Positions 7,906 to 17,191 of a stretch of DNA of 43,436 nt are shown piece by piece. This stretch comes from an uncultured bacterium (GTDB taxonomy: Bacteria; Muiribacteriota; Ozemobacteria; Ozemobacterales; Ozemobacteraceae). The DNA lies in assembly GCA_964613435.1 (NCBI GenBank), contig CAZTHA010000001.1, positions 1-43,436 on the forward strand. The letters are read 5' to 3'. The notes under the pieces were generated by a model. It had not been told where the DNA came from. It made no database searches and saw nothing but the letters and a program-made list of their open reading frames with translations. Within the stretch, counting starts at the first letter, position 1. Every line of letters begins with the position of its first letter. The position numbers and the translations under genes were made by a program.

Positions 7906-9320
7906 TTTCACAACCTGATATTTTGTTGATTGCTTTGCCGCTGCTTTGGAGCGAGAGCAATCTTCCCGACATGAAGCAGCCGCTCAATCTGCTTTATCTG
8001 GCCAGCTGGCTCAATGCGCGCGGGTTGCGGGCGCAGGTCCTTGACGCCGCTTGTGAAAAGCTTTCCTTGCAAAATGTTTTGCGGCATGTTCAGCAAAGAG
8101 GGCCCAGATTTGTCGGGGTTTCATTTTATCAGGCGACCCGCGATACGACCCTGGAACTATGCCGTGAAATTCGCAGAGTAATGCCGCATGTGTGGATAGT
8201 TGGCGGCGGTCCGCTGGCCACAACTTCAGCTGAGAGTTTGCTTGAAAATGGTCTGTTGGATTTCGTCGTCATCGGCGAGGGTGAGCTCAGCCTCGAGGAG
8301 CTTTTGCGCAGCGATTTACCGACCACCAGGCAGGCGAATGTCGATAGTTCTTTAGTGCATGACATTGCTGGTATCGCATTTCGCCAGGCTGATCGGCCAA
8401 TTTTTACCGCTGAGCGTGAGCCGATCTCTGAGCTTGATAGCCTTCCCTATCTTGATTTTGAACTGATAAACATTCATCGCTATTTTGCTTATCATGCTTC
8501 CATCGAAATGTCCGACTGGCTTTTTTTGACCACTTCGCGTGGCTGTAATGCGCGTTGTGTTTTTTGTGCAACCCCAGTGCTCTGGCCGAAGGGCATGCGG
8601 CGTCAATCAGCTAAAAGAGTACTCGATGAAATTCTTTTTCAGCGCCAACGCTATCCGACTTCGCAGTTTGGTTTTATGGATGATTCTTTCTTTTCCGACA
8701 AAAAATGGTTACATGACTTTTGTGACGGTATAAGACCGATGCGGGTCAAATACTGCTGCATCGGTCGTGCCGACCATCTCAGCGAAAAGGATGTGGCGGC
8801 TCTGGCATCGAGTGGTTGCATATATGTGGCCATGGGCATTGAAACCGGGAATCAACTTCGGCAGCGTTCATTAAAAAAGAACTTAAACCTGTCGCGGGTT
8901 AAAAAATCGGTTAAATTGCTCCATGAGTATGGAATTTTCAGCAAGGGCTTTTTCATGCTTGGCTTTCCCGATGAAACCGCCCAGGATATGCTCGAAACTA
9001 TCAATTTTGCCGTTGAGCTCAAGGCTTTGGGTATGGGAGAGTTCAGCTTTTTTCCGGTGTCGATTTACCCGGGTACCGAACTGGCCGAAAAGTTCTCGCA
9101 AAATTTTTACGTTTCGAAAATATATCGACATCATAGCGGATTCAACGATTATGCCGAAGAAAGAATGCGGCGTTATGCCAACATTCCTGGTGCCAACGTA
9201 AATTATATCTTTAACAGTGTTCAGATTGTTAACATTGTTAGATTTGCCTATCGGCAGGTTGAATCGGGCAGGCCCGCCAGCCTCGAAAACCTTGTTGCGG
9301 CAGCTGAAATAGTTGATTAA
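7902..9320 (+). CDS. Class B (cobalamin-binding domain) radical SAM enzyme, paralog 2
   Basis: Same architecture as 5259-6647: QPLNLLYLASWLNARG...VGVSFYQ...IVGGGPLAT...FVVIGEGELSL. Cluster motif CNARCVFC (nt 8544-8567). ATGA start/stop overlap with the upstream gene (7902-7905). Confidence 0.85.
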   Translation: MISQPDILLIALPLLWSESNLPDMKQPLNLLYLASWLNARGLRAQVLDAACEKLSLQNVLRHVQQRGPRFVGVSFYQATRDTTLELCREIRRVMPHVWIVGGGPLATTSAESLLENGLLDFVVIGEGELSLEELLRSDLPTTRQANVDSSLVHDIAGIAFRQADRPIFTAEREPISELDSLPYLDFELINIHRYFAYHASIEMSDWLFLTTSRGCNARCVFCATPVLWPKGMRRQSAKRVLDEILFQRQRYPTSQFGFMDDSFFSDKKWLHDFCDGIRPMRVKYCCIGRADHLSEKDVAALASSGCIYVAMGIETGNQLRQRSLKKNLNLSRVKKSVKLLHEYGIFSKGFFMLGFPDETAQDMLETINFAVELKALGMGEFSFFPVSIYPGTELAEKFSQNFYVSKIYRHHSGFNDYAEERMRRYANIPGANVNYIFNSVQIVNIVRFAYRQVESGRPASLENLVAAAEIVD

Positions 9321-9322
9321 AT

Positions 9323-11002
9323 CTATTCGACTGATTCAGATGCTTTTAAGATTTCATTGGTTCTGGCTATGGCAGCATTGAGATTTGGGTTGACGTTTTC
9401 TTTGCCAATTCGCTCGACAAACCCTGATTTGGTTAAAACCCGCATTGGTTGGGGCTGAACTCCTGAAAGCACCAGTTTCGGCCCACCGGAAAGCTGGTTG
9501 TTTAACAGGCTTTCAAGAACGCGCAGTCCGGTTGCATCGAGGGAACCGACGTTGCGCATTCGCAGAATCATAACTTTCGGTGTTGTAGTGAAGCCGGCCA
9601 GCATCGAGGTAAATTTGTGTGCCGCGCCAAAGAAGAACGGACCATTTACTTCATAAACCATAACCCCTTCAGGAAGTCCCGAAAGGGCAGCGGCATCGGC
9701 GGCGCAAATACGATCGGCAGTTGCTTCGTCGGGGGCCAGAGACTGAACTTCAGCCAGGTCGACCATTCTTTTCATGAACAAAACTGCGGCAAGAACTATT
9801 CCAAGCTGTATTGCCACCGTGAGATCGATCAGGACGGTAAAAGCGAATGTACAAAGAAGAACGCTGGCATCGCTTTTAGTCGTTCCCTGCAAAATTCTTT
9901 TGAAAAGGTGAATTTCGCTCATGTTGTAGGAAACGACCAGCAGTATTCCTGCCAGCACTGCCATCGGCACCAGACTGGCGAGGTTTCCTGCCGCCAGAAG
10001 AATGATCAACAAAGTGACGGCGTGAATCAATCCGGCAAAAGGTGACCTGCCACCGTTTTTAATGTTGGTTGCGGTTCTGGCAATGGCTCCAGTGGCCGGT
10101 ATTCCCAGAAAGAGAGGCGAAACGATGTTTGCTACGCCCTGAGCTACAAGTTCAGCATTTGAACGATGATGGCGGCCGGTCATGCCGTCGGCAACAACCG
10201 CCGAAAGAAGGCTTTCAATGGCGGCCAGCAAAGCTATGGAGATTGCCGGAGAGATCAGGTCTGGTAGAACTTTCCAATCTATTGACGGAAGTTGGGGCAT
10301 TGGCAGGGAACCGGGAATTGAACCAAATCGACTGCCGATAGTTTCAACCGGCAAATCAAATGCTTTTACGGCGGCAGTGACGAGAACCAAAGCGACAACT
10401 GAACCTGGAATTCGCGGGAAAAGCCTTGGAACAGCGAGGATGATGAAAATCGTCGCCAGAGTTATGCCAGTTGCCCAGGGATTGAAGGTTCCGATGGTCT
10501 CGGCATAGGCGGATATTTTGTGCAGGAATTCTGAGGGAACCGAAGTCATTTGCAGTCCGAGGGCGTCGCGAATCTGTCCAGACGCGATTACAACCGCAAT
10601 GCCGCTGGTGAAGCCGACCGTAACCGGGTAGGGAATGAATTGAATGATCGAGCCAAGTCTGGCAAAGCCAAGAATTATCAAGATCAAACCAGCAATCATT
10701 GTGGCAACGGCCAGACCCTCGTAACCAAATTTACTGACGATTTCAAAGACCAGGACGATGAAAGCCCCGGTTGGGCCGCCGATTTGAACTCTGCTGCCAC
10801 TAAGCAACGAAATTATAAAGCCGGCGATAATGGCGGTATAAAGTCCCTGTTCGGGTTTTACGCCTGAGGCAATGGCAAAGGCGATAGCCAGTGGCAAGGC
10901 GACAATGCCAACGACGATGCCGGCGAGAAGATCTTTGAAAAATTGGCTGCGGTCGTAGCCTTCACGTAAGACGGTGATCAACTTGGGTTCGAGCGAGTTC
11001 AT
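9323..11002 (-). CDS. SulP-family anion permease with C-terminal STAS domain
   Basis: FKDLLAGIVVGIVALPLAIAFAIASGVKPEQGLYTAIIAGFIISLLSGSRVQIGGPTGAF is a typical SulP N-terminal core. C-terminal VMILRMRNVGSLDATGLRVLESL is STAS-like. Start set at ATG 11002 (MNSLEPK); the track start is 11068. Confidence 0.85.
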   Translation of the reverse strand: MNSLEPKLITVLREGYDRSQFFKDLLAGIVVGIVALPLAIAFAIASGVKPEQGLYTAIIAGFIISLLSGSRVQIGGPTGAFIVLVFEIVSKFGYEGLAVATMIAGLILIILGFARLGSIIQFIPYPVTVGFTSGIAVVIASGQIRDALGLQMTSVPSEFLHKISAYAETIGTFNPWATGITLATIFIILAVPRLFPRIPGSVVALVLVTAAVKAFDLPVETIGSRFGSIPGSLPMPQLPSIDWKVLPDLISPAISIALLAAIESLLSAVVADGMTGRHHRSNAELVAQGVANIVSPLFLGIPATGAIARTATNIKNGGRSPFAGLIHAVTLLIILLAAGNLASLVPMAVLAGILLVVSYNMSEIHLFKRILQGTTKSDASVLLCTFAFTVLIDLTVAIQLGIVLAAVLFMKRMVDLAEVQSLAPDEATADRICAADAAALSGLPEGVMVYEVNGPFFFGAAHKFTSMLAGFTTTPKVMILRMRNVGSLDATGLRVLESLLNNQLSGGPKLVLSGVQPQPMRVLTKSGFVERIGKENVNPNLNAAIARTNEILKASESVE

Positions 11003-11268
11003 AATTATTCCTGCAGATGAAAAACTTAAATAATTCGGTAAGGTATGGGCTGGGAATTCTATTCCCATAGCAGCTTTCTGTCAAAATCAGGGTTTTTTCG
11101 ATAGAGGCGATATTACAAGAAAATACTACCCATAGCAGCGGCAAAGACCTTTTCTGTTTATTTGCTGAAAAACCCCTGTTTTTTTGCGGATTTTCGTGAA
11201 AATTGATTTGTTTTACGTTTCGACATTTCATATTGATTGGCAATTCTGGAAGGCGTAGAATCAAGATA

Positions 11269-12216
11269 ATGTCAGAAGAATCGTCACTTTTTCCGCTTGG
11301 TTTACCTGATCGGGAGCAGCCTGAATTCTTTGCCCGGCTCCTCTGGTTCGGCCAATTCATCGAAGAGAATTGCCGGCGTAATTGCCAATTTGATTTGAAT
11401 AATTGGCCCAACCCGGTTTGGCAAGCACTGGCCAGAAAACTATTCCTTGGCCTGGAGGACTTTTCAAAAACAAAACCCGAGCCTGGGCAGGTTGTCATCT
11501 TACAATGGTATAACTCCGGCATTCTCGTTAAAACTCCTGAGCAGGTGCTTGGCTTTGATTTGGTGCCAATTCCCCGTTATTACTGCTGGCCTGATGAAAT
11601 GGGTTTGACCGGCCTTCTGGCTGAAGTTATCGATGTGCTTTTCGTTACCCATAATCATGCTGATCACTTCGATTCCGAACTGATCAAGGAATGTAATAGA
11701 TTGAATCGGCCTGTATTCATGCATCCGCAAGCAGTGCCTGCCCATTTAAGCGAAATCGGCAAATTGCCAGATCAAACTTCGATCAGAATTGGTCAGACTC
11801 GGGTAAAAGCTCATCATGGGCGCCATGTCTGGCGAAGCCTTGCCGAAGAGGTCGCGACGAGTGGTTTTGAGGTTGAGCTTGCCGGCGGGTTTCGTTTTGT
11901 TTTCTGTGGAGATCTTGATTACACCGTGGGTTTGACAAATGTGACTGCAGAACCGGACGTTTTATTCATAACCTGGCGCAATCCTGGACCGGCATTTGAA
12001 GATGGTCACCCAGAACAAAGAGGTAACACCGTCGATGCAGTTAACATTGCCATAGAGCAGGTGAAGCCACGCATGATCGTCCTTGAACATTATGCTGAAC
12101 TTGATCATGTCTATCATGGGTTTTCGGCGAGTTACGAATTGGCCTTGCAGCTTATTCGAAGCCTGCCGGTAAAAACCGAGATCCTGTTCTGGGGCGACAA
12201 ATTAGCGCTTAGCTGA
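11269..12216 (+). CDS. Metallo-beta-lactamase-fold hydrolase
   Basis: HxHxDH motif in LFVTHNHADHFD, with later His/Asp residues (KAHHGRH, CGDLDY). Start set at ATG 11269 (MSEESS). Confidence 0.65.
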   Translation: MSEESSLFPLGLPDREQPEFFARLLWFGQFIEENCRRNCQFDLNNWPNPVWQALARKLFLGLEDFSKTKPEPGQVVILQWYNSGILVKTPEQVLGFDLVPIPRYYCWPDEMGLTGLLAEVIDVLFVTHNHADHFDSELIKECNRLNRPVFMHPQAVPAHLSEIGKLPDQTSIRIGQTRVKAHHGRHVWRSLAEEVATSGFEVELAGGFRFVFCGDLDYTVGLTNVTAEPDVLFITWRNPGPAFEDGHPEQRGNTVDAVNIAIEQVKPRMIVLEHYAELDHVYHGFSASYELALQLIRSLPVKTEILFWGDKLALS

Positions 12217-12217
12217 T

Positions 12218-13117
12218 TTAGTTGATCTTTTTCAGTTCGTTCATCAGCTTGATGACTGCGATTTCTTTGGCTTTGGCTTCTATCTCGACGGTTATTTCAA
12301 GGTCTTTCCAGCAGTCGGGAAAATCGGCCGGATCGATAAAATCATGGTGTCGGTGTGGTTTCGCCCCTTGCCAGCCTTCAAGAGGGCTTGAAAGATGAAA
12401 CATCGGTTCCCGGTTCCATGTTTTCAGCGCCTTTTTCGTTGCCTGTTCTATGCTCAAGCCGTCAGTGAGGCAGCGGTGGTGATGAACATCGTATACCAGG
12501 GGAATACTCAGCTGCCGACAAAGAGGCAAGAGTTCTTCGGGGCTGTAGACTTTATCGTCATTTTCAAGGGTAAGCCTGGTTTTCGCTCTTTTTGAAAGGA
12601 GCTGAAAATTTTCAGCAAATCTTTGCAGGGCGGTCTTTTTGTCACCGTATGCGCCGCCGCCATGAATGTTGATGACATCTGCGCCGGTGAGTTCGGCAAT
12701 TTCAGCCTGATACTCAATTTCGGCAATCGAAGATTTTACGACATCAGGGTTCGGCGAGTTCAGCACGACAAACTGGTCTGGATGCAAAGATGCCCGCAAA
12801 GCATTTTCCTGCAAAAAATCCCCGCAGTTTTTAAAGATACTTACAATTTCGTCGCCATCGGGTAGGTCGTTGAAATCATAAGATATTTGCGGATGGGTTT
12901 TAAGCGGCAGAATCTGGCTGACGATGCGAAAGCAACCGATGTTGTTGGCGAGGCAGAATTCAAAAGCCCTAAGCAAGGCTCTGGCATTGGCCAGGCAAAG
13001 GGTTGAAAGCTTTTTCAGCTGCTCCTGTCTGCTAAGAGTCAGCAAATATTTGGCAGTCGTGGTCGCGAACTTAATTGGCTGATCTTTAAAGATGCAGCAA
13101 AGACCGAATTTGATCAT
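12218..13117 (-). CDS. uvdE: UV damage endonuclease UvdE
   Basis: KFGLCCIF start, VINIHGGGAYGDKKTAL, RLTLENDD and VYDVHHHRC follow the conserved UvdE TIM-barrel metal-site blocks. Confidence 0.8.
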   Translation of the reverse strand: MIKFGLCCIFKDQPIKFATTTAKYLLTLSRQEQLKKLSTLCLANARALLRAFEFCLANNIGCFRIVSQILPLKTHPQISYDFNDLPDGDEIVSIFKNCGDFLQENALRASLHPDQFVVLNSPNPDVVKSSIAEIEYQAEIAELTGADVINIHGGGAYGDKKTALQRFAENFQLLSKRAKTRLTLENDDKVYSPEELLPLCRQLSIPLVYDVHHHRCLTDGLSIEQATKKALKTWNREPMFHLSSPLEGWQGAKPHRHHDFIDPADFPDCWKDLEITVEIEAKAKEIAVIKLMNELKKIN

Positions 13118-15546
13118 TTTTCAGGTTTAATCTCGCTTTTCATGATCGAGCTGACCGACTGTTTGAAACTTTCGTCCATGGTTCTGATGTGAACGTCATT
13201 TTGCGGGAAAGGTATTTCGACGTTGTTTTCCCTGAATTTGCGATCAATTTCTAGATTGATTTCGTTGCGCACTTTAAGCATGTTGTCAAGGTCGGATACG
13301 TAGACTCTAAGCTCGAAATCAAGAGAACTGTTGCCGAAATTCATGAATAGAATCTGCGGTTCGGGATTTTTCATGACATACTGGTTTGCCTGGGCGATAT
13401 CTTTCAGTATCGAGATCACCAGTGGCACATCGGAACCGTAAGCCACGCCTACCGGAAGAATGACTCTGGTCTGACGGTCGGAAAGGGTCCAGTTGGTTAC
13501 TGTCGATGAAACCAGATCACTGTTGGGAACGATCATTTCTGATTTGTCGAAGGCTTGAACGACGGTTGCCCGCAAGCCAAGATTTTTTATGGTTCCCCAG
13601 GTGCCGTTGATCTGAACGACGTCACCAATTTTGATAGATCGCTCAAAAAGAAGTATCAGGCCACTGGCGAAATTGTTGACGATATTCTGCAAACCGAAAC
13701 CGATACCGATACCAAAAGCACCCATGAGAACAGCAAGACTTGAAAGACCTATGCCGAGAGTGGAAAGAGCTATAACTGCGCCGATGATGACGAAGGCATA
13801 ATTGATGAGCCGGTTGATGGATATGCCGACCCCGGCCTCGACATTTTTGCGCGGGTAAACTTCATCATCGAGAATGCGTTGAATCAGCCATGAACAGAAC
13901 ATGCTTGCATACCAGAGAAAAATGGCTGTGGCGATAATGCCGAGGGTGATTCTTTCACCCTGAAGATTTATTCCCAGATTTAAAACGCCGGCAATGCCGT
14001 CCTGAAAAGAATCTTTTATTCCCCAGACGGTTTGTAGTCCTGCCAGGGCCATGAAAGCCGACAAAATGTCGACGAGCATTTTCATGCGGTTGATTATCAT
14101 GGCTGCATTATTTCTGACAATTTTGCTCTGGCTGACAAAGCGATTGTCGATTATTGCTTCGGCAAGTCCGCGCAAGATCAGGTTGGCTATCCAGATAATA
14201 AGCAGGAAAAACACGCTTTTGATAGCAACTTCAAGCAGATGATTGGCCAGACCGGCAAACCCGGCAGCCTGAGCCAGAAATACGATCAACATGGTTAAGC
14301 CGCCAGTTTTTACAGCAAGAATGAACCAGATCGATGAATTCTGCATTCGATTGATCCTTGCCCGCCAGAAGCAGATGATTGCCCCAAGCAGACCCACGCC
14401 GGCGACGTAAAGTCGGAAAATCGGCGAAGGCAGGTTTATCAGATAGCAAAGCTGTGAGGTCAAAAATAGTGCTGCTAACAGGTAGATCAGTCGTCGGCGC
14501 CATGGGGTTTCGATGACGCTGGCTACGAGACGCGATCCGGCAATAGCCAGCAATGCCCACATGAATACTCTGACAATATTGGGTAAATCTTCAAATAATG
14601 GATAAAATGCGGCAACTCCAGCCACTATTGCCGCAGAAAAGCGTCGTTCAATGAGAAAACCGAGGCCCAGCTTGCGAGCCTTTTCGATGGGAATGCTGCC
14701 AAATAGCCAGATGAAGAAAAGAACTCCGAGAAACTGCAAACCTAACACCCATCCCTGTGATGAGTAGAAATCAGTTTGCGGGAGTTTCAAGCTGGCGATT
14801 CCGACCCAGAATTCCTGCCACTGCGACTTGTCGAATTGTTTTAGAAACGATGGAGTAAACATCGCCGGTCGAGATCGGCGAAAAAGGTCTTTGCGCATTC
14901 CGGAAATGATCGAATCAATTTCGGCGATGAATTTTTGATGGTCTGAGTTAAGTTCAAGAGCTTTTTTCTGAATTCCCACCAATGGTGATTCGATGCCCTC
15001 AAGCAACTTCTGAGCTTTCTGGATTTTTTTGCCAGCATCTTTAAAAATCGTTTTAAGGGCGTCGTTGTCGGCTGCTTGTGCTTGCTGCAGATTGCTCCAG
15101 GAGCTCTTTTGTGCTTCCCAGGTTTGTCTGAGGGTTTCGATGGCTTTGATATTGCCGGTAATTTTTTCCTGAAGCTTATTGATCCCCTGGTGGCTTTCTC
15201 TGGCTGCAGCCCTGATTTCAGATATTTTGTCAAAACTGTAAACGCCTGAGGTTTTCAATTCGTTGAGATTGCTTCGGTGGGAGTTGAACCGGTTTCTGGC
15301 GTTTGTCACTTCGGTGTCGAGGGTGGTAGAAGCGACCAGTAGCCTGATTTTCTCTGGGAGGTTGCTGTATTCTTCTTCGAGGGCAGCAGCTTTGGGAGCA
15401 ACCGAAGAAACCGAACTGTCTTCGACAACGGTTGAACTGGCCAGTAGGGCTCCGGCAGAGGCATTGGCCGGTTCCTGGGCATAAAGGCAAACATTAACCA
15501 ACAAGGAAAGACAAATAACTGCCAGAAAATTTTTGAAATTTCTCAT
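13114..15546 (-). CDS. Large MscS-family (MscK-like) mechanosensitive channel with N-terminal secreted coiled-coil domain
   Basis: Signal peptide, about 250 aa of coiled-coil-like sequence, then multiple TM helices. MscS core GIGFGLQNIVNNFASGLILLFERSIKIGDVVQINGTWGTIKNLGLRATVV...IVPNSDLVSSTVTNWT. ATG 15546; the track start 15555 is a TTG. Confidence 0.85.
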   Translation of the reverse strand: MRNFKNFLAVICLSLLVNVCLYAQEPANASAGALLASSTVVEDSSVSSVAPKAAALEEEYSNLPEKIRLLVASTTLDTEVTNARNRFNSHRSNLNELKTSGVYSFDKISEIRAAARESHQGINKLQEKITGNIKAIETLRQTWEAQKSSWSNLQQAQAADNDALKTIFKDAGKKIQKAQKLLEGIESPLVGIQKKALELNSDHQKFIAEIDSIISGMRKDLFRRSRPAMFTPSFLKQFDKSQWQEFWVGIASLKLPQTDFYSSQGWVLGLQFLGVLFFIWLFGSIPIEKARKLGLGFLIERRFSAAIVAGVAAFYPLFEDLPNIVRVFMWALLAIAGSRLVASVIETPWRRRLIYLLAALFLTSQLCYLINLPSPIFRLYVAGVGLLGAIICFWRARINRMQNSSIWFILAVKTGGLTMLIVFLAQAAGFAGLANHLLEVAIKSVFFLLIIWIANLILRGLAEAIIDNRFVSQSKIVRNNAAMIINRMKMLVDILSAFMALAGLQTVWGIKDSFQDGIAGVLNLGINLQGERITLGIIATAIFLWYASMFCSWLIQRILDDEVYPRKNVEAGVGISINRLINYAFVIIGAVIALSTLGIGLSSLAVLMGAFGIGIGFGLQNIVNNFASGLILLFERSIKIGDVVQINGTWGTIKNLGLRATVVQAFDKSEMIVPNSDLVSSTVTNWTLSDRQTRVILPVGVAYGSDVPLVISILKDIAQANQYVMKNPEPQILFMNFGNSSLDFELRVYVSDLDNMLKVRNEINLEIDRKFRENNVEIPFPQNDVHIRTMDESFKQSVSSIMKSEIKPEK

Positions 15547-15676
15547 AATCACCAATTCTCTTTTATTTTTTTTCTATGCTAACATCTGTTCTATTTTACT
15601 TCAAATCAAGACCAAAGTTTGGGCATTGGCCTCATTTAGTTCTTGAACAAGAATAATTAAGTCGAGAAACTTCAAT

Positions 15677-16954
15677 TTGGAACCGATTTTGACAAATGCT
15701 GTCGTTTTAAAGAACCCTTGGACTGCAGGAATAATATTTGTTTTTGTCTTCGTTCTGATTTCTTTTCGCAAAATGCATTTGTTGCCGATCGGTCGCCCAT
15801 CGGCAGCGATGCTCGGTGCCGTTTTAATGGTCGTTGCGGGCGTAGTGACTCCAGAAGAAGCTTATCGACTGGTTAACTGGGATACGATCTGCCTGTTGCT
15901 CGGGATGATGATAATTGCGCAGCATTTGCGTGCTGCCGGACTCTTTGCCATATTTATCAGGCTGATTTCGAAAATAGAATCGCCATTTGTATTGTTGATG
16001 GCGATTTCAGCGATTTCTGCCCTGGCATCGGCGGTTCTGGTAAATGATCCGGTTTGTGTCGTCATGACACCACTGGTGCTTGAAATTTGTCGCCATCGTC
16101 GATTGAATCCTTTGCCCTATCTTATCGTTCTGGCAACTTCGGCTAATGCCGGATCAGCCCTGACCTTGACCGGCAACCCACAAAACATGATCATCGGAAG
16201 TTTTTCCGGATTCAACTATCTCGGTTTTATTGCCTTAATGGTTGTTCCTGTTTGTGTGGCGATGTTGGTTAATGCCTCTCTTGCCTGGCTATTTTACCGA
16301 AATAGACTCGAATTGGAAAATGCGCCGGAGATTTTAAGCGAGCCTATGCCTGATTCAGAGGAAGGCGGGAAAACCAGAAGCCTGCGCATTGGCTTGCTGG
16401 GGCTTGGTGTGGCCTGCGCTGGATTTGTCAGTGGTTTTTCCATGGCATTCTCGGCCATGGGTGGTGCGGCCGTCGTAATTACATTTCACCGCAAAGATCC
16501 AACCGAGTTGCTTAATCAGATCGAGTGGTCTCTTTTATTATTCTTTGCCTCTCTTTTTGTGGTTATTGGTGGCTTGCAAACCAGCGGCCTGGCAAAACTC
16601 ATGACCGATTATTCTTTGCAGTTGATTTCGGGTGATCTGGTTAGCCAAGTCTGGATTTTTTCAGGGGTGACTTTGGCGGGATCGAATCTTTTATCCAACG
16701 TCCCCTTCGTTCTGCTCGCCTCGCCAAGTGTTCCGGCTCTGGGAAATCCTGAATTATTCTGGGGGTTGCTTGCCTATGTCAGTACGATTGCCGGTAACAT
16801 GACATTGTTCAGTTCGGTTGCCAACCTTATTGTTGCCGAAACCGCAAAGGACAGATGCAGTATTTCATTTTGGGAATTTGCCCGGTTCGGTATTCCTGCA
16901 ACGCTGCTATCGGCATCTCTGGGAATTCTGATTCTATTGCAAATTTTCAGATAA
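15677..16954 (+). CDS. ArsB/NhaD-superfamily anion/ion permease
   Basis: About 10-12 predicted TM helices. LTLTGNPQNMIIGS and NLLSNVPFVLL motifs are typical of the ArsB/NhaD (P-protein-like) permease family. TTG start per the ORF track, so the start is uncertain. Confidence 0.6.
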   Translation: MEPILTNAVVLKNPWTAGIIFVFVFVLISFRKMHLLPIGRPSAAMLGAVLMVVAGVVTPEEAYRLVNWDTICLLLGMMIIAQHLRAAGLFAIFIRLISKIESPFVLLMAISAISALASAVLVNDPVCVVMTPLVLEICRHRRLNPLPYLIVLATSANAGSALTLTGNPQNMIIGSFSGFNYLGFIALMVVPVCVAMLVNASLAWLFYRNRLELENAPEILSEPMPDSEEGGKTRSLRIGLLGLGVACAGFVSGFSMAFSAMGGAAVVITFHRKDPTELLNQIEWSLLLFFASLFVVIGGLQTSGLAKLMTDYSLQLISGDLVSQVWIFSGVTLAGSNLLSNVPFVLLASPSVPALGNPELFWGLLAYVSTIAGNMTLFSSVANLIVAETAKDRCSISFWEFARFGIPATLLSASLGILILLQIFR

Positions 16955-17191
16955 ATTCCGGCCTTTGCAAAGGTTTTCCAATCAAGCTATTAAAAATAGT
17001 TTTCGCAAGTGCAAAAAAAATAATCATGTACCTTGGAAAATTGAAGTTTTTTCAGTAAAATTAGAACACAGGGTTGAGGTTTGCTGCATTTTGCCAAATG
17101 ACAAGGTAAAGATTAACGAATAGCCGGCAAAGAGCCAGACCTTACCGAAGGAATAAGAAACGACCTTCAGCCAGGAAAGGTGTAGTGAGTA

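Noticed and set aside
10962-11522. 186-aa minus-strand ORF spanning the SulP/MBL intergenic region.
   Set aside because: It overlaps the starts of two well-supported genes and runs through promoter-like DNA. It has no motif.
16958-16980. Palindrome CCTTTGCAAAGG followed by TTTT after the ArsB/NhaD-type gene, considered as a terminator.
   Set aside because: The stem is effectively only ~4 bp once a loop is allowed, which is too weak to call.
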